NCBI GenBank assembly: GCA_965203175.1
Contig: OZ241867.1
Coordinates: 5,984,001-6,048,000, forward strand
DNA from: Candidatus Latescibacterota bacterium
Lineage (GTDB): Bacteria > Latescibacterota > UBA2968 > UBA8231
Length of the DNA: 64,000 bases
Direction of reading: 5' to 3'
The notes beneath the pieces were generated by a model. That model worked only from the letters and a program-made list of their open reading frames with translations, was not told where the DNA came from and did not search any database. Of this stretch, positions 1 through 8,768 are shown in pieces. The translations under genes were made by a program, and so were the position numbers. Each line of letters opens with the position of its first letter. Within the stretch, counting starts at the first letter, position 1.

Positions 1-1800
1 AGCGTCCCAGCGGCCCGCGCCTGCGGTGGCTTCTTCTGCACCACGGTTCCCATGAACCAAGTCGCCGAAAACATCCTCTTCATCCAAGGAGACGGCACGG
101 TCACCACCCACGTCCAAATCCAGTACAGCGGCACAGCCGCGGACTTTGCATGGATCCTGCCCCTGCCGACGGTGCCCGAGCTCGCCGTGAGCCACAACCA
201 AATTTTCACCCAATTGCAGCGTGCGACCCAGCCGTCGTTCCAGTTGAACTTCCAATGGGATGTTGGCTGTCAGTTTGAAATTTTTACCGCCGAAACCGGA
301 GAGAGCTCTACACCTGATGTGTTGATCGCCTCCGAGGAGCGCGTCGGCCCCTACGACACGGCAGTCATTTCCTCTGAAGATGCCCAAGCCGTCGTCGATT
401 GGCTAGTGGAAAACGGCTATCAACTCGGCGACCTCGGGGTCGAGCTTTTGACGCCCTACGTGGAAGAGGGCTTCTACTTCTTGGCGCTCAAGCTCGCGTC
501 GGACCGCGATGTCGGCGACCTGCAACCCATCGCCGCGACCTATGCGGCCGACGCGCCCGGCATCCCCATCCGCCTCACTGCCGTAGCCACCGAGCCAGAC
601 CTAGGCATCCTCACATACATCTTGGGCGAGCACCGCGCCGTCCCTACCAACTACCGGCACGTGCAGATCAACCAAGCAGCCGTCGATTGGTTCTCTGGCG
701 GCTTCAACTACCCAGATGTCGTCACACAGGCCGCCAACGAGGCCGGGGGTCAAGCGTTTGTCACCGACTACGCTGGACCCAGCCAGATCGTCCGCGACTT
801 TTTCTGGTGGAGATTCGACCTAGCGCAATTGCGCCAGCAGGATCACCCGGCCGATTTTCTCAACGCAGCCCTACGGCAGGGTTTCCCGCCTGACGCCCAG
901 ATGCAGACCCTGCTCCGCCGCCACATTCCGATGCCGCCAGCCGTGCTCGAAGAAGGAGTGCTCGAAGTGATGTTTGCCGGCAACCGCGAAGTCTATGAGC
1001 AAGCGCGAGAGGAAGGCCGGCTCCAAGGCGTCGCCGAACGCTCCTTCTACAACAACATGCGCGCCTACGACCGCTGGATTGCCGATCTTGCCTTTGACGC
1101 CAACGCCTTTGTCGATGACTTGGAGCGCATCGTGGTCGAGCCGTTGGAAAGCGTACGGCAACTCTTGGAGGAAAAGCCCTATCTCACCCGGCTCTACACC
1201 ACCCTTTCGGCCGACGAGATGACCCTCGATCCCATGTTCGCCTACAATCCCGACCTGCCCGCCGTCAGCAATGTCCACGCTGCGGACGCTTATTGGGATT
1301 GCGCCGACCCGGAGACGACGCCGTTCGAAGAATGGGAGCTCGTCGTCTCCTTGGCCGACGGCCGCGAACTCCGCACGCTTCCGTTTGCATTTGACGACCC
1401 GCTCCGCGTGCCCGTCGGCCAGCCGGCCGCTGCGATCATCGAGCAGCTAAGCACCTCCGGCCCGCCCCAGGTCATCCGCGCCCTCCCCACGGCCATAGAA
1501 GCTACGGCTAGCCCGACTCCGGCTAGCTGGTCCCTCTTGCCCAACTACCCCAACCCCTTCAATGCGGGCACGATCTTGCCCTTTCTCGCGCCCGACTCTG
1601 CGCCCGCCGCCCTACACATCTACAATCTCCACGGGCAGAAGGTGCGCACCCTCACCACCGACCAAGTCGCAGCCGGGTACGCTGAAGTCGCTTGGGATGG
1701 CCGCGACCACAGCGGCCACGTAGTGGCCAGCGGCGTATATCTTTATCGTTTAGAAACCGAAGAAGTGGAATTGACACGCAAGTTGCTCTTTTTGCGCTGA
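1..1800 (+). CDS. DUF2330-family secreted protein with C-terminal FlgD/T9SS-like sorting domain (5'-truncated by the window edge)
   Basis: Frame 1 is open from base 1 (SVPAARA-CGGFFC..., a signal-peptide end plus the CGGFFC start typical of DUF2330). It has FAWILPLP, VGPYD, WLVENGY and PIRLTAVA motifs. The C-terminus LLPNYPNPFN...WDGRD..G..VASGVYLYRL..RKLLFLR is FlgD-Ig/CTD-like. The track start at 52 is internal. Confidence 0.8.
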   Translation, partial: SVPAARACGGFFCTTVPMNQVAENILFIQGDGTVTTHVQIQYSGTAADFAWILPLPTVPELAVSHNQIFTQLQRATQPSFQLNFQWDVGCQFEIFTAETGESSTPDVLIASEERVGPYDTAVISSEDAQAVVDWLVENGYQLGDLGVELLTPYVEEGFYFLALKLASDRDVGDLQPIAATYAADAPGIPIRLTAVATEPDLGILTYILGEHRAVPTNYRHVQINQAAVDWFSGGFNYPDVVTQAANEAGGQAFVTDYAGPSQIVRDFFWWRFDLAQLRQQDHPADFLNAALRQGFPPDAQMQTLLRRHIPMPPAVLEEGVLEVMFAGNREVYEQAREEGRLQGVAERSFYNNMRAYDRWIADLAFDANAFVDDLERIVVEPLESVRQLLEEKPYLTRLYTTLSADEMTLDPMFAYNPDLPAVSNVHAADAYWDCADPETTPFEEWELVVSLADGRELRTLPFAFDDPLRVPVGQPAAAIIEQLSTSGPPQVIRALPTAIEATASPTPASWSLLPNYPNPFNAGTILPFLAPDSAPAALHIYNLHGQKVRTLTTDQVAAGYAEVAWDGRDHSGHVVASGVYLYRLETEEVELTRKLLFLR

Positions 1801-1827
1801 TCAGCGCAAGTTGCATTTACATCATAA

Positions 1828-2133
1828 ATGAGGCTTACGATGGAGACGCTTAAAGCTCACCTTGAAGGCAAGCTTCAGAATGATCGCTTTCGCAAGCTGT
1901 TTTCAGAAGAAAAGCAGTTGGCCCAGCTTTCGATGCAAATACTTGAGGTTCGACAGCGCCTTGGCTTGTCCCAGCGAGAAGTCGCGGAAAAAGCGAAAGT
2001 TACTCAGCAGCAGCTATCCAAACTGGAGCATGGAGCCAATTGCAATGTTTCGACGTTTCTCAAGGTCTGCAACGCATTGGGTGTACTCGTCGCATTAGAA
2101 ACGCCAGAGTTCGTGGAGGAGCCTGTCGTATAA
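1828..2133 (+). CDS. XRE-family HTH protein (HigA-like antitoxin/regulator) with no adjacent toxin
   Basis: RQRLGLSQREVAEKAKVTQQQLSKLEHG is an XRE HTH. The start may be ATG 1840, after GAGG. Confidence 0.8.
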   Translation: MRLTMETLKAHLEGKLQNDRFRKLFSEEKQLAQLSMQILEVRQRLGLSQREVAEKAKVTQQQLSKLEHGANCNVSTFLKVCNALGVLVALETPEFVEEPVV

Positions 2134-2174
2134 CAGCGCAGTTTCTTATAGCGGGTAAGAACGCCTTGACCACC

Positions 2175-5100
2175 CTAACTCGGCACGTATTTTGGCCAAG
2201 GACCTACACCCGCAAAAATCTGACGGTCCAAAAAGTTCTTGTCGAGCTTGTCCTCGCGCTTCTTCAAAGCACGCTTTAGCTTCTCTTGATTAAGTCGAGC
2301 ATGGATCATCTTGAGCTTGAAGAAGTCGTCCGATTCTTGCGCCGCTTCAATATCTTGATTCATCCACGCCCAACAACGACGATCCGCCGAGCTTAAAAAT
2401 AAAACCCAAGCAGCGTAAGCCTCAGTCGGATCAGAGGATGCAAGATAGTTTAGCCACCAGTGTCGGGCACACGCCTCGGCCCACCTATGACGTGCTGCTT
2501 TCTGGGCAAGATCGGCATAGCCCGTTTTGATTTCTCTATCAGGCCAAGCACCCTCAACCGGTAACGTATTGTTCACGGTGAATCCCGCGAGGACTGCGGC
2601 GCGTTTCCGTCGCCAAGCGAATTTCGATGCTCGATCTTGCTCAATGAAAGTGGTGAGCCAATCGTCCTTACTGTTGTAAGCCACAGCGATTGCCAGATTG
2701 AATAGAGCCTGATCAGTATGGCAATGTTCCAACTCAACCAACTCCTTTCGGAGCGCCTTTACCGCCGGTGAGTCTGGAACCCGAAATACCATGTGTAAGA
2801 GATCCTCTACGCCTCCAACACCGATGTATCGCGTTATCGTGGTCGCACGCAGGGTGTTCCATAACGGTGCGCCCTGCTCAGGGTCGTGTGCAAGAAGAGC
2901 CTCACAGAGTGCTAGAAAGACACGTTCCTGAAACTTCGTCGTGGGTTCAGAGAATCCCTCAAGCCATTGTTCGACGATATCTGGTGCATGTTGCAGAACA
3001 GGTACGAAATCCTCCGCACAGTAGGGGATGGTCTTCGAGCTATTCCTCCCATCAAGCAATTGACCGAAGGTTTTAGCCGCCAGCCTTACCTCGGTAGGGT
3101 TTGAGTCACGTTGACGAACAGCTTCCAGTAACCGCCAAGGTGCAAGTCGTGATGCTAACTGGTCGAAAGGAAGAGTCGGCGTGGCTTTGATAAGAGCGGC
3201 CATTCCGTAATAGTTGACCCGGTCATGCTCGTCCTGGTTCCAAGACCAACCGTCAGCCTCAAGCATTTGACCGAACCGCATTGGGTCAGCATGGGTTAGA
3301 ATACGGAATGCAAATCCGCGAGAATTATTGTCTTGACATTTCGCACATCTTTCAACCCATGACCAAGCCGTGTCCGTGAGTTCAATCGGAAGGATCGACA
3401 ATAGAGTGAGCAGATCGCGTTGCTGTTTGAGTGAGCCATCGGCATGGCGAGCGATCAGGACATCAACATCAGCCGGTGTCGGAGGACGCAAGATTTTGGC
3501 GAACTTGGTCGAGATGTACTTCAAATCCGCATGAATCAATTCGTCGAATTGGTCCTGTGCGTCCAGATTTCGGAGCTCTATCAACAGGAGGTTATTGGCG
3601 TCAGAAGCATCATCATCTTCATCCTCTACACTCAGACGTAACGCTCTCGCTGCTGCCGCCTCATCCTCGCTCGCCAGCACTAGGTGATCGGTAGCATGGA
3701 TAGCACTCCAGTGCCGAGACTCCGGCGGACAGGTAGCCATACTCCGCATCTTGCGACGGATTAGATCCGCGAGCAGATCCGGCGCACATCGAGCCAGCAC
3801 CGGTTCCAGTTCTTCAAAGTCATAGTCCTCAGAAGTGAGAGCACCGTGTCGGTTCAACTTCTCAACATCAATACAGGTTGCTGCGGCGCGAACTTCTGCA
3901 ACAAAGCTCGCTGGCGGTTCAAAATTCGGCTCAAGCCATAGCTCTTCTGTTCGCTGTACGCGGGAGAGTAGAGGCAGTTCCGTGTCGGCGAGGACGCTGT
4001 GTGCATGTCGCCGCTCCAGCGGGAACCAGCTTCGGCCGGGCTGTGGCAGATAGTCCTTCTCATAGGTGAGCGGGTGGTCAATGCCAGGATCCATAGACAC
4101 AGCAGCGTCCTCGTCTTCGTCCTGACCTGTCAGCCACAACAGAAGTGCAGCAATGCGCTTCGGAAGATCCGGATGTACGCCCTGTTCTGGCTGGCGGCGG
4201 CTGATTTCTTCTGACAAGCCGCGTAAAGCCGTCGCCGTTTCATCGGAATCAACTTCGTTGAGCAGACAGAGCCACTTCAGGCCATCCCAGCAACTACTGC
4301 GGTCTCCGACCGCTAACGCAACGGCCGCTGTCTCGAAAATCGGCAGTGCGTTAGCCAACGGAAAACCTTCGATGATCAGAGGCACCACAGCTTTCAGCAA
4401 ATTAAAGGATTGATCAACCTGTTCGAGTTCAACTCCTATGACCGTAATCGACCCCAAGGTATCGCTACCAATCAGGCGTTTAAGCCTATCAGGCTGCCTA
4501 TCGCCGTCACAGGAGACAACGCTCAGCCAGCGGCAGGACCGTTCGACAATCATATCAAGGACTGCGCTGTCGTCTCGCGAAATTTTGCTCAGCGCGTTCA
4601 CGGCCCAAAATCTAGCGGAATCGTGAGCGTGACTGTCCGAATGCTCCACCGCGTCGAGTAGAGCATTCGGGAGTTGCGGAGCGAGATCGGCAAGTTCTTG
4701 GCGATGCTCGTCCGGTATATTCTGGCTTTGCAGCCATGCCGTGACAAGCACTCCGGGGACGGGTGCTTTTGCCACACATCCCTGCTCTACCAAAATTGAT
4801 ACTGCTGCACGCAGGATTTCCGTTTGTTCATCAAGACCCGCGATAGGATCGAGCCATTTCGTCAACTCGGCATTCAAATTGTCGAATTTTGGAGAGGTTA
4901 CTTGATCAAGGGAATTCAGAAGCGCAACGCCGAGGGCATGTGCAATGACCGCAGGAGCGAGTTGCACGCCCGATGCGTTACGTGTAGCGAACCGACCGTC
5001 AATTATGTCGCTGAGTCGTGTGTACACTTCGCTTACAGTGAAGTCAGGACGATCCACCGTTTCACCGAGCGACTTAATTGAGTATTCTTTGATACCGTTA

Positions 5101-6575
5101 CGGCGTTGCTGAGCAATTTCCTTCAGCCAATCCTGCCACTCGCCCTCGCTGAACGACTTGTCCGCCCGCTCTCCGAAAGCGTCGCGTCCATATTCCCAGA
5201 GCAGCCGGTGTACCGTTATTTGACCCGCCTCGACCAGCCTTTCTCGGAAACGTACTACTAGCTTGAAAAGGCGGGGGTTACGAGCCAACTCGATCACATC
5301 GGAATGCAGATCGGCCTGCGTGAGATTCTCGAAAGCCAGCATCTGGTCGAGTTCGCTTTCCGGTGCCGCATCATAGATGTTTACGTCAATTTGTCTGGCC
5401 TCACTTTCGAGACCCCGAAGTTCCGACAACCTTTCCTTAAAATGGAGAGTACGTGTGCTGACGATTACCCGTACCCGTTTCGCAAACGTCTCGCCTTGCA
5501 AAACTTGCAAAAGTCGTAGCCATTGAACAGAAGGCTCTTGGTTCAGACCATCCAAGAAAACGGTCAGGACAGATCCTTCATCGGTCGGACGCTCAAGCAG
5601 CCGATCAAGCCGACGGAGCCAGTGCTCCCGATCCCGTATCCCGCTCATCTCGTGAAGCCTATCTGCTAGGAGTTGCTTCACGGTGGTTTCGGAGACATTC
5701 CCGATGGCTACCGCAGAGGAAGGCATCACCAGAACAACTGGTTGCGTGTCCTTATTGTCGATCAACCAGTGGAAAGTCGCCCATGTCTTGCCGGTCCCTT
5801 CCAAGCCGACCACAGCAGCCGGGGCACCATCCCGAGCCGCTCCTTGCCACCACTTATTCAGTGCCTCATGTACCCCGTTGCGTTTGACCTTCTTATTCTG
5901 AGCACCCCCAGCCGCGTCTTGTCTGAGTGCAGCCTTTGATTTTTGCGGCGAATTCCAAATTTTGTCGAGCTTATCGTGAGAGCGCGTCCGTACTACCTCA
6001 AACCCCAAGCACCAAGATTGCAAGTCGCGTCGCAACCTTTCGATTGCCTGCTCTGATATGGGTTGAAGAGCACAAGCCGCCGCGCCAGCTTCCTCTGAAA
6101 ACTCTTGCTCAACCAAATCAGGAGCGAATGCACACAATGCTGCAAGCGGTGCCACCTCGTGATCCTTAGAATCCATCCAATCGATAACCAAAATGGGAAC
6201 GCCTAGCCGTTCTCCATGCTGATTAAGCGATTGCCGGATCTGTTCTGGAACGCTACGAGTCACAACAAGCACCCAAGCTTCGAGTGCCTTATCCCGCATC
6301 AGCGCTTGGTCAATCTCCCCAAGCAGCTCCCGTTCGTTCAGGCGGCTGGTGTCGCGGTACTTCTTGCATTCTATGCGGAACCGTCGCCCTTGCTGTCCAG
6401 CCGGACCAGCATCTGCGCCATGTTGAAAGCCAGACTTAGCAACCGCAATCGGCACGTCGAGAAGACGACCGATCAGAGCAGCCGCCAGATCTTCGAGCTT
6501 AGACGCTTCTTGGACTTTTTGCAGTTCCTGCTTGAGTTTTTCTTGGTTTTCCAATTCTGCTGTGCTCAAGGACAT
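2175..6575 (-). CDS. PD-(D/E)xK (Mrr-like) nuclease fused to a STAND NTPase and long helical C-terminus; Avs-like defence protein
   Basis: N-terminal LEDLAAAL...GADAG...IECKKY nuclease signature; Walker A GLEGTGKT; Walker B LTVFLDGLNQ; sensor RVIVSTR; about 1000 aa of helical, W-rich C-terminus. Less GC-rich than its neighbours. Confidence 0.75.
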   Translation of the reverse strand: MSLSTAELENQEKLKQELQKVQEASKLEDLAAALIGRLLDVPIAVAKSGFQHGADAGPAGQQGRRFRIECKKYRDTSRLNERELLGEIDQALMRDKALEAWVLVVTRSVPEQIRQSLNQHGERLGVPILVIDWMDSKDHEVAPLAALCAFAPDLVEQEFSEEAGAAACALQPISEQAIERLRRDLQSWCLGFEVVRTRSHDKLDKIWNSPQKSKAALRQDAAGGAQNKKVKRNGVHEALNKWWQGAARDGAPAAVVGLEGTGKTWATFHWLIDNKDTQPVVLVMPSSAVAIGNVSETTVKQLLADRLHEMSGIRDREHWLRRLDRLLERPTDEGSVLTVFLDGLNQEPSVQWLRLLQVLQGETFAKRVRVIVSTRTLHFKERLSELRGLESEARQIDVNIYDAAPESELDQMLAFENLTQADLHSDVIELARNPRLFKLVVRFRERLVEAGQITVHRLLWEYGRDAFGERADKSFSEGEWQDWLKEIAQQRRNGIKEYSIKSLGETVDRPDFTVSEVYTRLSDIIDGRFATRNASGVQLAPAVIAHALGVALLNSLDQVTSPKFDNLNAELTKWLDPIAGLDEQTEILRAAVSILVEQGCVAKAPVPGVLVTAWLQSQNIPDEHRQELADLAPQLPNALLDAVEHSDSHAHDSARFWAVNALSKISRDDSAVLDMIVERSCRWLSVVSCDGDRQPDRLKRLIGSDTLGSITVIGVELEQVDQSFNLLKAVVPLIIEGFPLANALPIFETAAVALAVGDRSSCWDGLKWLCLLNEVDSDETATALRGLSEEISRRQPEQGVHPDLPKRIAALLLWLTGQDEDEDAAVSMDPGIDHPLTYEKDYLPQPGRSWFPLERRHAHSVLADTELPLLSRVQRTEELWLEPNFEPPASFVAEVRAAATCIDVEKLNRHGALTSEDYDFEELEPVLARCAPDLLADLIRRKMRSMATCPPESRHWSAIHATDHLVLASEDEAAAARALRLSVEDEDDDASDANNLLLIELRNLDAQDQFDELIHADLKYISTKFAKILRPPTPADVDVLIARHADGSLKQQRDLLTLLSILPIELTDTAWSWVERCAKCQDNNSRGFAFRILTHADPMRFGQMLEADGWSWNQDEHDRVNYYGMAALIKATPTLPFDQLASRLAPWRLLEAVRQRDSNPTEVRLAAKTFGQLLDGRNSSKTIPYCAEDFVPVLQHAPDIVEQWLEGFSEPTTKFQERVFLALCEALLAHDPEQGAPLWNTLRATTITRYIGVGGVEDLLHMVFRVPDSPAVKALRKELVELEHCHTDQALFNLAIAVAYNSKDDWLTTFIEQDRASKFAWRRKRAAVLAGFTVNNTLPVEGAWPDREIKTGYADLAQKAARHRWAEACARHWWLNYLASSDPTEAYAAWVLFLSSADRRCWAWMNQDIEAAQESDDFFKLKMIHARLNQEKLKRALKKREDKLDKNFLDRQIFAGVGPWPKYVPS

Positions 6576-6849
6576 ATTATGCTAGAATTACCCCGGTTTC
6601 GTCTCTACGTGAGATAGTTACTTCGCTTACTGCTCCTCTCTTGGAGCAGTTCCCCGTTTTCCAGTAATTCGTTGTCGATTAGTAAATAAGAAGTTGTTGA
6701 GTTATTCGGAATAATCTGTGAGGAAGGATTAGCTTGAAGGTCAAGTAAAAACGGATCGCCTGTCCGTTAGTGTTCGACTTTGGTGGCCAGAGCGTCGCCG
6801 CTGATGAACTCTTGGGCTACGTCTCTAAGCCGCACACGACACCACTCTA

Positions 6850-7248
6850 TCACACCCTTTCCGCCTCTACCAACCGCCGCCTGACCTCCTCCAGCAACGC
6901 TTCGACGATCGCAAGCGTACCCTCGCGATCGATTGCTTCGGCACTTGAGTCAACACCTGTATAACGAAACTCAAGGGCGTATGGGGTGTAATCGATCAGC
7001 TTGCGGAAGGGCTCCACAGTGACGCCTTGGTCGGCTAGGAGATTGAACAATCTTTCGATATTGTGGGTCAGCGGATACACCTCGCCCAGCAGGGCAATCC
7101 AAGATTTGAACAACTTCTCGGCGGCCTGCTGCACGTGAAAGCCGAAAATTTCGTCGGAGACTTCGTCGGAGCGGCATATGACCCGCAGGACCGCAACATC
7201 GCGCTCGGCCGCATCCAACAGCATCCTCGCACATTTAACGTCGCTCAT
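6850..7248 (-). CDS. HEPN-domain protein (toxin of an MNT-HEPN pair)
   Basis: Start MSDVKC at 7248, overlapping the MNT stop. GFHVQQAAEKLFKSWI...PLTHNIERL...FRY motifs of the HEPN family. Confidence 0.85.
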   Translation of the reverse strand: MSDVKCARMLLDAAERDVAVLRVICRSDEVSDEIFGFHVQQAAEKLFKSWIALLGEVYPLTHNIERLFNLLADQGVTVEPFRKLIDYTPYALEFRYTGVDSSAEAIDREGTLAIVEALLEEVRRRLVEAERV

Positions 7249-7609
7249 AGAGCACCTTCCCCTCCCGCAGCGCCCGCGCCAGAACGTGATTGAGCGAGTC
7301 GCGCCAGTAGTCGACGTCGTCATGGGAATAGACAAGGATATCTGTAGAAACGGGGAATTCGACCAGCGCGTGGTAGAGCCTGACCAGTTCCTGGCGGCGA
7401 CTTCGCTCCGGGCCAAACGGCTCGGCCTCCACCACCACTAGATCCACATCCGAATCTTCCCGCGCGTCGCCCCGAGCGCGAGAGCCGAAGAGGATCACCT
7501 GCTCGGGATCAACCTCGGCGACGATGGCCTGGACCATCTTATCGAGGAGCGCGTCAGTGACAGGTACCATTCCCTTGGCAGTAGAAACTTTTTGCTCACT
7601 AGGCGTCAT
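7235..7609 (-). CDS. Minimal nucleotidyltransferase (MNT) antitoxin
   Basis: ILFGSRARGDAREDSDVDL is the GSx10DxD MNT motif. Directly upstream of, and overlapping, the HEPN gene. Confidence 0.9.
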   Translation of the reverse strand: MTPSEQKVSTAKGMVPVTDALLDKMVQAIVAEVDPEQVILFGSRARGDAREDSDVDLVVVEAEPFGPERSRRQELVRLYHALVEFPVSTDILVYSHDDVDYWRDSLNHVLARALREGKVLYERR

Positions 7610-7687
7610 TGGAATCGTCCGACAAGTAGAGAAAAATGATGTCTACATGCTCCTCCAGCCGCGTCGTCGAAATGATCGCATGCGTCT

Positions 7688-8293
7688 TCATTCCCGAGTC
7701 TCCGGCTCTATGCGTTTCATCATATCTATTTTGTCCACCAGTGCAACATGGCCGTCTTCGTCCTCTTCACTGAACCATTCGGCAATGCGCCCCACTTGCC
7801 GGTAACCGACCTTTTCGTACAAACGGCGGGCAGGGGTGTTATTGGCGAATACAGTCAGGTAAATCTGCTGTAGCTCCATTTTGCGCGCCTCTTCCTCCAA
7901 AATTCCCATCAGCGCCGTGCCCAAGCGCCGACCCTGGTACTCGCCGATGATTTTGATTCCCAAAACCCCCATGACCCGGCTGCGGGGAGCCATGCGGCCC
8001 TCGCCAATAATGCGTCCATCCAACTCCAGTAAAAGGTGGGATGCCTGACCTGTCTCGACTTCGACCATGATCTGGGCCAGGCGTTGGCAGCCCAAGGCGA
8101 AATCCGTATCAGCGTGATAGGCCCGCACTCGCTCGCGGTGCAGAATCTGACACATTTCGACGTACGAGGGTATGTCCTGCCAGCGCGGATAGCGGCACAG
8201 CACCTGTCCCCCTTCTATGGGAATGGCTTTGACGAGCTGACCTTCTTTGAGCATGGCGAAGTAGAGGAAGAGGTTGAGTTCGCTGTTTACCAC
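7688..8293 (-). CDS. GNAT-family N-acetyltransferase
   Basis: YQGRRLGTALM acetyl-CoA motif A; NTPARRLYEKVGY motif B. Confidence 0.85.
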   Translation of the reverse strand: MVNSELNLFLYFAMLKEGQLVKAIPIEGGQVLCRYPRWQDIPSYVEMCQILHRERVRAYHADTDFALGCQRLAQIMVEVETGQASHLLLELDGRIIGEGRMAPRSRVMGVLGIKIIGEYQGRRLGTALMGILEEEARKMELQQIYLTVFANNTPARRLYEKVGYRQVGRIAEWFSEEDEDGHVALVDKIDMMKRIEPETRE

Positions 8294-8329
8294 TCACTTC
8301 CTTCGTGATGGGTACACCGACTCCTCTGT

Positions 8330-8743
8330 CTAGCCGTGTATCCCGTCCAGTTCCGGTAAGAGTTTAACGCTCTCTTGTTCGTTGGGGTCCGTCCGGGCGA
8401 TCACAGCAGTGCAGGTTTCGGTCTCGCTGGGATTGTAGGGAAGATGAGGGATGCCGGCGGGGATGTAAATAAAGTCGCCGCTGCTGATGGATTCATGCTC
8501 CTCCAGTCGCTCGCCATACCACATTATAGATTGGCCACTGATGACATAAATAGCAGTCTCGTGGTTTTCGTGCAGGTGTGCCTTGGCTCGTTCTTTAGGA
8601 GGCAGGTTCAGCAGGTGCATGCAAATCCCCTGCGAGCCGGTGGTCTCGGCGGCGACCCCTGAGACATAGGTGAGTGCCTGTTTGCCTTCGTAGGTTCCTC
8701 GGCCGCGGATCACTTTGCAAGTTGGCTTGGTATGCTCTGACAT
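8330..8743 (-). CDS. RmlC-like cupin protein
   Basis: Start MSEHTK at 8743 after GAGGA. AHLHENHETAIY and GDFIYIPAGIPHLP cupin motifs. The track's N-terminal extension overlaps glnD. Confidence 0.85.
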   Translation of the reverse strand: MSEHTKPTCKVIRGRGTYEGKQALTYVSGVAAETTGSQGICMHLLNLPPKERAKAHLHENHETAIYVISGQSIMWYGERLEEHESISSGDFIYIPAGIPHLPYNPSETETCTAVIARTDPNEQESVKLLPELDGIHG

Positions 8744-8768
8744 TGTTTTCCTCTGTGAGTTTACAGGT

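Noticed and set aside
6770-6845. Short coding-like stretch downstream of HEPN (minus strand RLRDVAQEFISGDALATKVEH-stop) as a gene remnant
   Set aside because: Too short to assign, with no start or recognisable family.
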